DNA from: Muribaculaceae bacterium
GTDB taxonomy: Bacteria; Bacteroidota; Bacteroidia; Bacteroidales; Muribaculaceae
Assembly (NCBI GenBank): GCA_023662835.1
Contig: JAMPII010000001.1
Coordinates: 193,435-257,434 of the forward strand
Reading direction: 5' to 3'
Length of the DNA: 64,000 nucleotides
Below, in pieces: positions 38,693 to 45,975 of this stretch. Position numbers and translations under genes: made by a program. The notes below the pieces were generated by a model. It was not told the DNA's origin. It did no database searches and worked only from the letters and a program-made list of their open reading frames with translations. Every line of letters starts with the position of its first letter. Position 1 is the stretch's first letter.

Positions 38693-39457
38693 CTATTTCT
38701 CAGCCTGGATTTCGATTAGCCGTGCGGGTTGGTCGGTTGTAATAAGATCTACACCGGGCACAGCATTCCACTTTTTCAACAGGTCGTCGCCATCAATAGT
38801 CCACACATTAACTTCCAAACCCAAATCGTTGGCTTGCGATATCCAACCGGGATTCTTGTCGTAGAATGAATAATGGTAGTCGATTCCTGTCAACCCCATC
38901 TCTTTGGCCTGAACCGGCGTAAGTCCTCCTCCCAGATAAGCAACCTTCGCTTGAGGAGCTAGCTCATGTATAGCCCGACATGCATCAAGACTGAATGAAA
39001 TATACTCAGTGCGTTCGGCTAACCCCATGTCGTTAACCAATTTCACTATATCACTACACACCTGGCGATCGCGCTGGGCAGTGCGGTGCGGTTTCACCTC
39101 TAATATCAGCTTTATATCGGGCAACTGTTTGGCTACTTGAAAATATTCAATCAAAGTAGGCAGATATTCACCGTTACGCAACCGGTTGTACTGGATGTTA
39201 CCGTATGTCGTGTCTTGAATACGCACATCGCCTATGTTATTGTCGTGGAAAACAACTAGCACTCCGTCGACAGTTGAGTGAACATCCAACTCCGCGCCAT
39301 AGCATTTTACCTTTGCGGCTTCTACAAGAGCGCTTACTGAATTCTGAGCCGAATCCGCTGCCGTCCAGAAACCACGGTGGGCTATAACCTTTGGCTGTGC
39401 AGCCATACACACTGAGGCCGCAGAGGCCAAAATTGCTGACGCAATAAATGCTTTCAT
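38693..39457 (-). CDS. Secreted glycerophosphodiester phosphodiesterase (GDPD family), paralogue 1
   Basis: 254 aa with a signal peptide, the GDPD motifs IAHRGFW and ELDVH, and a TIM-barrel-type C-terminal motif (VNVWTIDG). Confidence 0.85.
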   Translation of the reverse strand: MKAFIASAILASAASVCMAAQPKVIAHRGFWTAADSAQNSVSALVEAAKVKCYGAELDVHSTVDGVLVVFHDNNIGDVRIQDTTYGNIQYNRLRNGEYLPTLIEYFQVAKQLPDIKLILEVKPHRTAQRDRQVCSDIVKLVNDMGLAERTEYISFSLDACRAIHELAPQAKVAYLGGGLTPVQAKEMGLTGIDYHYSFYDKNPGWISQANDLGLEVNVWTIDGDDLLKKWNAVPGVDLITTDQPARLIEIQAEK

Positions 39458-39465
39458 ATACTATT

Positions 39466-40230
39466 TTATTTTTGAATTGATTTTAGAACCGAAGGTCGGT
39501 TTGTGGTAATATAATCCACACCTTCGGTGGCATTCCATTTTTTCAAAAGTTGCTCGTCATCGACTGTCCACACATTCACTTCCAAACCTAATTGCTTTGC
39601 TTGGGGAATCCATTCGGGGTGTCGGTCGAAGTGTGTATAATGATAATCAACTCCGGTCAGTCCAAGCTTCTTGATTTGTTCCGGCGACACATCAGTAGCT
39701 CCCTCCAGATAGAACACCTTCGCGTTAGGAGCCAAATGTCGAATAGCTTTACAAATCTCTAAACTGAACGATATATATTCAACCCTATCGCTCAACCCCA
39801 TATCATCGACCAGCTTGACCGCAGCCGCGCTAACCTGCCGATCGCGCTGGGCGGTGCGATGAGGCTTTATCTCCAAAATGAGTTTCAAATCAGGGTATTT
39901 GCGCGAAGCCTGAAGGAATTGTATCAATGTAGGCAAATATTCACCGTTGCGCATCCTGTTGTATTGAATATTTCCATAAGTGGTATCTTGAATGCGAACA
40001 TCGCCTATATTATTGTCGTGATAAACCACCAACACATCGTCAACAGTGTAATGCACATCGAATTCCGATCCATAGCATCCTAACTTGCCCGATTCAAGCA
40101 TAGCGCCTATCGAATTATTTGCCGAATCGGCCGCTGTCCAGAAACCTTGATGAGCTATAATCTTTGGCTGCGAGGCCAGGCATACAGCAGCAAAACACAA
40201 CATCACTGCACTTACAAATAGTCCTTTCAT
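39466..40230 (-). CDS. Secreted glycerophosphodiester phosphodiesterase (GDPD family), paralogue 2 (HRG motif reads HQG)
   Basis: 254 aa and collinear with the downstream paralogue. Signal peptide present; motifs are IAHQGFW, EFDVH and VNVWTVDD. Confidence 0.85.
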   Translation of the reverse strand: MKGLFVSAVMLCFAAVCLASQPKIIAHQGFWTAADSANNSIGAMLESGKLGCYGSEFDVHYTVDDVLVVYHDNNIGDVRIQDTTYGNIQYNRMRNGEYLPTLIQFLQASRKYPDLKLILEIKPHRTAQRDRQVSAAAVKLVDDMGLSDRVEYISFSLEICKAIRHLAPNAKVFYLEGATDVSPEQIKKLGLTGVDYHYTHFDRHPEWIPQAKQLGLEVNVWTVDDEQLLKKWNATEGVDYITTNRPSVLKSIQK

Positions 40231-40264
40231 GAAATATGATATGATTGTAAAAAAATGATATTAC

Positions 40265-40272
40265 CAAAGTTA
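40265..40272 (-). promoter_or_regulatory. Candidate -7 box (TAnnTTTG) for the GDPD pair
   Basis: Plus strand reads CAAAGTTA, which is TAACTTTG on the minus strand. It lies 34 nt upstream of ATG 40230. Confidence 0.4.
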
Positions 40273-40306
40273 CATTTTTTAATCGTCCACTGCAAAATAA
40301 AAATAC

Positions 40307-40314
40307 TAAATTTG
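40307..40314 (+). promoter_or_regulatory. Candidate -7 box (TAnnTTTG) for murI, only 4 nt before the ATG
   Basis: TAAATTTG ends at 40314 and the murI ATG is at 40319. Confidence 0.35.
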
Positions 40315-40318
40315 CAAT

Positions 40319-41182
40319 ATGAACAACAAAGGCAAAAATATAAGCATCGGTCCAATCGGAGTTTTCGACTCCGGCTACGGAGGCCTGACCATATTACGTC
40401 ATATCCGTAAACATTTGCCCGACTACGATTATATATACTTGGGCGACAACGCACGCGCTCCCTATGGAACGCGCTCGTTCGATATTGTTTACGAATTTAC
40501 CCTTCAGGCCGTCAGCCATTTGTTCGACATGGGATGTCCACTCGTAATTCTAGCCTGCAACACAGCTTCAGCCAAAGCCTTGCGCAACATACAGCAAAAC
40601 GATCTGCCCAAAATCGATCCCACCCGTCGCGTTCTTGGCGTAATTCGTCCTACGGCCGAAGCGGTAGGCAACCTCTCCGATAATGGGCATATCGGGCTGC
40701 TCGCCACGCCAGGAACCGTCCGCTCCCATAGCTACGAATTGGAAATAGCCAAGCTATACCCCTCGTTCTGCCTCACCTCGGTTGAATGCCCTATGTTCGT
40801 GCCTCTTGTAGAGAACCGGGAGCACACATCGGCCGGCGCCGACTATTTTGTCGCCAAATATGTCGATCAACTTATCAGTGAAGACCCTCAAATCGACACA
40901 GTCGTGCTCGGATGCACCCACTATCCTTTACTTGAGCCGAAAATACGGAAGGCAATCATTAACCACCCTTTGACACTAGGTCGGAAGATAAACGTTGTGT
41001 GCCAAGGAGAACTTACAGCCGTATCGCTAGCCGATTACCTCAACCGACATCCTGAAATAGAATCTCGCATAAGTCGTGGAGCGAAAACCGAGTATTTTAC
41101 CACAGAAAATCCAGCCACCTTCAGCTCTTTGGCAACAATGTTCATGTCATCGCCGGTTAATGCCCAGCACACAACAATCTGA
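40319..41182 (+). CDS. murI: Glutamate racemase
   Basis: 287 aa with motifs GVFDSGYGGLT, LACNTASA and LGCTHYP. Confidence 0.9.
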   Translation: MNNKGKNISIGPIGVFDSGYGGLTILRHIRKHLPDYDYIYLGDNARAPYGTRSFDIVYEFTLQAVSHLFDMGCPLVILACNTASAKALRNIQQNDLPKIDPTRRVLGVIRPTAEAVGNLSDNGHIGLLATPGTVRSHSYELEIAKLYPSFCLTSVECPMFVPLVENREHTSAGADYFVAKYVDQLISEDPQIDTVVLGCTHYPLLEPKIRKAIINHPLTLGRKINVVCQGELTAVSLADYLNRHPEIESRISRGAKTEYFTTENPATFSSLATMFMSSPVNAQHTTI

Positions 41183-41195
41183 CCTCCGTCAACAA

Positions 41196-41744
41196 TTACT
41201 GTAGATTACCGCCATGATAATCGCGGCCGGCCGCATAAGCCGTAACAGCCATTATTACGCCATTGGCTCCGATGCAAACCATTGCTATGCCAGCAACCAA
41301 GGTGAACATCGATTCAGTTGTACGGAGCGGAGTTGCCAGCAGCGCTATACCGGCAAGCAGCGACAGAACAGGTAGCAAATATAGCCACCACGGCATTGAC
41401 ACCCCGGCCATTGACAAGGCAACTATCTGCCATAGTCCCAGCGCGATTAACAGTGCTGCAAGCACATAAACAAACACACCAACCAATACCTGCGGCCATA
41501 TTATCATTATCAGGCCAACGATAAGCGACCCGATAGCCGACATCAGGTTAATCCCTTCCGTACTTTGGCGACGCTTCTTCGACGCAACTGCCGAGACTAG
41601 GATAATTGCCCCGGGCAGGACAAACAGCCAGCCAAGTATCACTACCAGCCATTGCAACAGGCTCTCGTCGGAATGCATACTAATCAATGCTATGCCGGCA
41701 GCCAGAACAAACAGGCATACCCAAAAATTTGATTTTCCGTTCAT
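41196..41744 (-). CDS. HdeD/DUF308-like polytopic membrane protein
   Basis: 182 aa with six predicted TM helices and repeated GxxxG-rich segments typical of DUF308. Confidence 0.5.
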   Translation of the reverse strand: MNGKSNFWVCLFVLAAGIALISMHSDESLLQWLVVILGWLFVLPGAIILVSAVASKKRRQSTEGINLMSAIGSLIVGLIMIIWPQVLVGVFVYVLAALLIALGLWQIVALSMAGVSMPWWLYLLPVLSLLAGIALLATPLRTTESMFTLVAGIAMVCIGANGVIMAVTAYAAGRDYHGGNLQ

Positions 41745-41827
41745 AATAAGCAGTTTTTTTGTTTAAATAACAATTTAACTGTTCTGCTTGTTTATGAACG
41801 GAAAAACGATTAAACTATGCATTGGGG

Positions 41828-43288
41828 TTAATATAATCCATGGTTCTTGTGGCTATTGAGCCATTGCACGCGTTTTTCAAGGAATTCGGTTAAAGTTTTA
41901 TAGTTTGTGCGGAAATCGAACGAGCACTGGTTCTTGTAACTTCCGTCGCGCGGCCAAATCATACCGTTTGTTTTTGCCGATGGTTCAATTATGGCGGCGT
42001 AATCGTCCATAAACAAACGAAGTTCAGGCCAGATATTCGTATAGAAGTTGTCCCATTTCTGATTAAAAAGCGCTAACAGTTCCTTGTTTTGCAGTAATAG
42101 CCGGAAAAACGAGTATCCCCCGGCGTTGCCATCGGCGGTAAAGAGCAAGTCATTGTATTTGCCCGCACCCTCTGAGCCATCGTAAGTGAAGCCCCAGTCG
42201 AAATCCCAAGCCGGCCCAAACTTATATACACTGTTGTCGCCAAGTTCCTCTTTGAACATATAGAAACTCTTGGGATGATTGAGTTCACGGTTGCGAGCAA
42301 CAACGTATACAAGCAGATAGTCGGCAACAGTGTTTATATCCAACACATCTGACAGCGATTCATTGCTGCCACGCTGCGTCACGGCATTGAGCATCTTTGT
42401 TATGTCGGCTTTCCATTGGTTGAAATACTCATCGGCTGTAAATGAGCCAGCTGCCTCTTCTGCCAATTCAACTAAGTCGGGATCCTTAACCATAACCGGA
42501 AGATTTTTGCTGCGGTTGCCATAAGTGAATGTGTAGCGGAATTTATAATCCTCGTCATAGTTGGTGTCAATTTCGAATAGCATACCTTTGGTTTCATCTA
42601 TATCGACACTTCCGCCACCTATGCCTATTTTCTCAGTCAGGAAATACGCTCCTCGATAATTGCCATTCAAATAAACATTCACCGGAACTGTATGGTTAGA
42701 AAATGGGAGACCAAGAAGTTGCGCAAGCTTCAACGCAATTGCGTTACGCATCATTGAGCAATCAAGATAGTTAGCGATCAGAGCAAATGATTTAGCTTTA
42801 GCCAATCCGCAAACGCTCTGTTTTTTAGGCAACTTAAAGCGGTAGGGAGTCTTTGCCATTTTCCATGTTGAATTACCGCGACCACGGAATTCAACTTCTG
42901 TTTCGGGAATATCGTCGTAATAACCATTGCCATCCATGCTCAATGTTGCGCGATAAATGGTGCTTTTGGTGAAATCACCTGTCTTGTACAAATCCTTGAT
43001 TGTCGGATAGTCGAGTAAATTTACTCTAATCACGGGAACATTCGTACCGATAACTGTGCTGTCAATCACATCGACATCTACGGTTTCGGAGGTCCCGTCG
43101 TTGAACTCAACAGTAACATTATTGGCTTTATCACCCCAAGCTGTCGACTGGAATTTAAACTTATCGATATCTGCAACCTTGCCGGTTGTGAACTTGCCGT
43201 CCTGACGATATATATGTACATGGGGGTGTTGAGTAACCGCTGTCAACGCTGTTACAAGTATCAATAGAGCAGATAGTATATTCTTCAT
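41828..43288 (-). CDS. Secreted CotH-family (atypical kinase fold) protein
   Basis: 486 aa with a signal peptide. CotH-type blocks are LIANYLDCSMMRNAIALKLAQLLGLPFSNHTVPVNVYLNGNYRGAYFLTEKI and FGPAWDFDWGF. Confidence 0.65.
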   Translation of the reverse strand: MKNILSALLILVTALTAVTQHPHVHIYRQDGKFTTGKVADIDKFKFQSTAWGDKANNVTVEFNDGTSETVDVDVIDSTVIGTNVPVIRVNLLDYPTIKDLYKTGDFTKSTIYRATLSMDGNGYYDDIPETEVEFRGRGNSTWKMAKTPYRFKLPKKQSVCGLAKAKSFALIANYLDCSMMRNAIALKLAQLLGLPFSNHTVPVNVYLNGNYRGAYFLTEKIGIGGGSVDIDETKGMLFEIDTNYDEDYKFRYTFTYGNRSKNLPVMVKDPDLVELAEEAAGSFTADEYFNQWKADITKMLNAVTQRGSNESLSDVLDINTVADYLLVYVVARNRELNHPKSFYMFKEELGDNSVYKFGPAWDFDWGFTYDGSEGAGKYNDLLFTADGNAGGYSFFRLLLQNKELLALFNQKWDNFYTNIWPELRLFMDDYAAIIEPSAKTNGMIWPRDGSYKNQCSFDFRTNYKTLTEFLEKRVQWLNSHKNHGLY

Positions 43289-43290
43289 GG

Positions 43291-43776
43291 TTAAATGGCA
43301 AATTTAAAGGATTTATTATTAATGGTTAGAATGTAAAGTCCCGCGGGAATATCAGCAAGGTTAATTGTGCAAACACCTGACGCACAAACTTGTTTTAGCA
43401 TTTTACCGTCGTGAAAAAAAAGCGTTACATTACTATTCTCAGGCAAGTTATCCAACTGCAATGTATTGTTAGTCAGTTCAATTGAAATTTGCGACAATAC
43501 TACCTCGTCAATTGCCGAAAACCCGGTGTTACCCTTTTTTGACGAATACGACCACCCCTTTACATCGGCAATAGCCACCGAAAATGTTGTACCCGACGGC
43601 GCACTGAAATGGAGTTCACTATTAGTTATATCAAGCGACAGACCCGATTCGCCTTGAAGCAAAAATGTTGAGCCGTCCTTATACTCAACCGAAACTGACT
43701 GGTAAGCCATTGCAGAACTAACAATTGGCAGAAGCATGGCAAGCACCAATACGACAAAATTTAAATAATTTTTCAT
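43291..43776 (-). CDS. Small secreted protein with T9SS C-terminal sorting tail
   Basis: 161 aa from the MKNYLNFVVLVLAMLLPIVSSAMA start. The C-terminus ..CTINLADIPAGLYILTINNKSFKFAI resembles T9SS type-A tails. It lies 2 nt upstream of the CotH gene. Confidence 0.5.
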   Translation of the reverse strand: MKNYLNFVVLVLAMLLPIVSSAMAYQSVSVEYKDGSTFLLQGESGLSLDITNSELHFSAPSGTTFSVAIADVKGWSYSSKKGNTGFSAIDEVVLSQISIELTNNTLQLDNLPENSNVTLFFHDGKMLKQVCASGVCTINLADIPAGLYILTINNKSFKFAI

Positions 43777-43807
43777 GGATGTATTAGCTATTAATTGATA
43801 ATCTTCG

Positions 43808-43815
43808 CAAAGATA
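43808..43815 (-). promoter_or_regulatory. Candidate -7 box (TAnnTTTG) for the T9SS-tail protein / CotH operon
   Basis: Plus strand reads CAAAGATA, which is TATCTTTG on the minus strand. It lies 31 nt upstream of ATG 43776 and inside the longer track ORF. Confidence 0.4.
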
Positions 43816-43866
43816 ACAAAATATCATTACAATCAGGTAAACTCTTGCGTCCCCAAAAATTTTGTT

Positions 43867-43874
43867 TATTTTTG
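43867..43874 (+). promoter_or_regulatory. Candidate -7 box (TAnnTTTG) for the exonuclease-like ORF
   Basis: TATTTTTG lies 53 nt upstream of ATG 43928. Confidence 0.35.
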
Positions 43875-43927
43875 CATAATAATATATTCATATAAATCGA
43901 TTTACAAGAACGGCGAGGTGATACGAA

Positions 43928-44713
43928 ATGTCAATTTGGAATAAAATACAGTTACTGATTGGCGCTTCTGATAATATCGACTATGATACAACTGAGGCAG
44001 AATCTGTTAAGCGAAGCACTAAACAGTATGCATTTGTAGATGTCGAAGTGGACATACACGATAAGAAGGTTCATGATATAGGCGCACTACGCTACGATGG
44101 GGCTGTATATCATGGCGGTTCGCGAAAAGAGCTTATGGCGTTTTTAGATGGAGTCGACTTCATTTGTGGGCACAACATAATTTGGCATGATGCGAAATAT
44201 CTATTCACAGAAGGCGAACTGAGAAGTCAGCTCGTTGATACATTGCATGTTTCCCCATTGCTTTTCCCTGAGCATCCATACCATAAACTTTTAAAGGATG
44301 AGAAGCTGCAGACTGATGAATTGAATAATCCTGTAAACGATTGTGAAAAGGCGCGAAGTTTATTGATGAGCGAAGTGGATGCCTGGAATCAGTTGTCTAC
44401 TGAGAAAAAGCGTATTTATACGGCTTTGCTGCGCGAAACGGTTGAGTTTGTTGGTTTTTTTAAGTTTATAGGCGAAGTTCAATCAGAAAAATATAACCGT
44501 GTTGAAGATATTATCAAAGCTTGCTATTCAGGGAAAATTTGTGAAAACACGGAACTGGATGTCTTAATAGAGAAGCACCCTATTGAACTTTCTTACGCTC
44601 TGGCATTAATAGATACTAGCGATCATCGTTCTATTACGCCGGGTTGGGTAATTAAAAATTATCCGAATGTAGAGAATATAGTTCGTCGTAGACGTATAGT
44701 CGGTCAACGATAG
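43928..44713 (+). CDS. DEDD exonuclease-like protein, probably the 5' part of a longer gene truncated at the TA module
   Basis: 261 aa with Exo I-like AFVDVEVD and Exo II-like ICGHNIIWHDAKYLF; the Exo III His is not evident. The last ~9 codons (RRRRIVGQR) are antisense to the zeta-like gene, with a 62-nt convergent overlap. Confidence 0.4.
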   Translation: MSIWNKIQLLIGASDNIDYDTTEAESVKRSTKQYAFVDVEVDIHDKKVHDIGALRYDGAVYHGGSRKELMAFLDGVDFICGHNIIWHDAKYLFTEGELRSQLVDTLHVSPLLFPEHPYHKLLKDEKLQTDELNNPVNDCEKARSLLMSEVDAWNQLSTEKKRIYTALLRETVEFVGFFKFIGEVQSEKYNRVEDIIKACYSGKICENTELDVLIEKHPIELSYALALIDTSDHRSITPGWVIKNYPNVENIVRRRRIVGQR

Positions 44714-45173
44714 ATGAGAGCAAGACGCAATTTGCTATAGATTTATCATAGCGCGAGATAATCTTGGAGATTGGCACATCATGTCCACCGTTAAGCACTC
44801 GTTGTGCCACTCGCTTGGCGTTTATAGTGGGCGATTCCGTTGAAACGAAGAATAGGCGAACAAAAAAGCCTGCTTGTTTGGCTCTTAAAATATAGTCTAC
44901 TTTGTCATCAGCGGACATTACCGTTTCAAAGATGTGGCTTTGCTTTTCTGCAAGACATCTCTCGCGCCATTCATTGCAATAGTTGGCGGCTTTAAACACG
45001 GCATTGCGGTCATTCCAGTCGCCAAACATATCGCGGGCAACATTGTCGGGATTGATATATTCCGAGTCTTCCAACCATTTGTGATGCAGTATCTTTGAAG
45101 TGACGGATGTCTTGCCTGATCCATTAGGTCCGGCAATAACAATGAGCACAGGTCGATGCTTACTTGCGGTCAT
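44652..45173 (-). CDS. Zeta-toxin-like P-loop kinase (toxin of a type II TA pair)
   Basis: 173 aa with Walker A IAGPNGSGKTS and a zeta/AAA_33-like core (HIFETVMS, FFVSTESPTINAKRVAQRVLNGGHDVP). Its start overlaps the upstream small ORF by 14 nt. Confidence 0.6.
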   Translation of the reverse strand: MTASKHRPVLIVIAGPNGSGKTSVTSKILHHKWLEDSEYINPDNVARDMFGDWNDRNAVFKAANYCNEWRERCLAEKQSHIFETVMSADDKVDYILRAKQAGFFVRLFFVSTESPTINAKRVAQRVLNGGHDVPISKIISRYDKSIANCVLLSSIVDRLYVYDELYSLHSDNF

Positions 45174-45375
45174 TCTTAAATTTGCTTATGCTATCAGTCC
45201 ATTTTGACTTGGCTATTTCCGTCGCTTGAGCAATCCCAGACGCCACACGCTCGGCCGCCCGCCGGGAGCTTTCGCGGGCTTCTTCGGCTACCTCGCGCAT
45301 AATCTGAGCCATGCGCTCATCGCCCGGCTCTTCCATCGACGTCAGTCGATAACTATTCATCTCCGCGTCACTCAT
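45160..45375 (-). CDS. Putative antitoxin (small acidic/helical protein)
   Basis: 71 aa, charged and predicted helical. It lies directly upstream of and overlaps the zeta-like gene, with a -7 box 28 nt upstream. Confidence 0.4.
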   Translation of the reverse strand: MSDAEMNSYRLTSMEEPGDERMAQIMREVAEEARESSRRAAERVASGIAQATEIAKSKWTDSISKFKNDRK

Positions 45376-45403
45376 ATCTGTAGACCTTTTTCTTATTCAA
45401 CGC

Positions 45404-45411
45404 CAAAGTTA
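45404..45411 (-). promoter_or_regulatory. Candidate -7 box (TAnnTTTG) for the TA pair
   Basis: Plus strand reads CAAAGTTA, which is TAACTTTG on the minus strand. It lies 28 nt upstream of ATG 45375. Confidence 0.4.
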
Positions 45412-45575
45412 CGCAAAAAGTATGAAACCCTAGCTGTGTTTAACAAATTCTTTTACATTAGAAAATACGTATATAAACGTGTGCTCAGATGGTTTAATAT
45501 GTTCTTCGGTAACATCCTTGCCAGTTATACAGTAGTGACGCTGATTTGCGGATACTCGCTGTGTAATACATGAGT

Positions 45576-45845
45576 TTATATTATTGAATCGTTATCGGGG
45601 TTGTTGCGGAGATAGCTGGCGATGGCAGACTGCGGTGTGATTTTGGCGTAGCAATAGGCACATCCTTGAGGACATGTGTTGTATGCGCTAATATCTTTCG
45701 AGAGCATACAACCGCAATTTTTAAGCTGTCCACAGTCGTTGCAGGTATTGAAAAGAAAGTATTGAAGCACCGCGTCATACGGCACCAGATTGGCAATTAG
45801 CTCGGGGTCGATATATCTGTTGTGTTCTACACCAAATTGCTCTGT
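45576..45845 (-). pseudogene. 3' remnant of a DUF1848-like (Cys-rich) gene
   Basis: The open frame from an in-frame TAA reads TEQFGVEHNRYIDPELIANLVPYDAVLQYFLFNTCNDCGQLKNCGCMLSKDISAYNTCPQGCAYCYAK.. . The CGC..S.DI..YNTC..GC.YCYA pattern matches my recollection of the DUF1848 C-terminus. There is no N-terminal part and no credible start. Confidence 0.4.
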
Positions 45846-45901
45846 TTAAGATACGTTTCAAATATGAATGGGACGCTGACATTTGTATATTTAAATATAG
45901 G

Positions 45902-45960
45902 CTAATCTATCTGAAAATGGTTGCAATCACAAGGACTGCAACCATTTTCAGATAGATTAG
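45902..45960 (-). terminator. 24-bp perfect inverted repeat downstream of dnaK
   Basis: CTAATCTATCTGAAAATGGTTGCA-atcacaaggac-TGCAACCATTTTCAGATAGATTAG lies 16 nt after the dnaK stop (minus strand). Confidence 0.6.
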
Positions 45961-45975
45961 TTATATTTTGTCATA

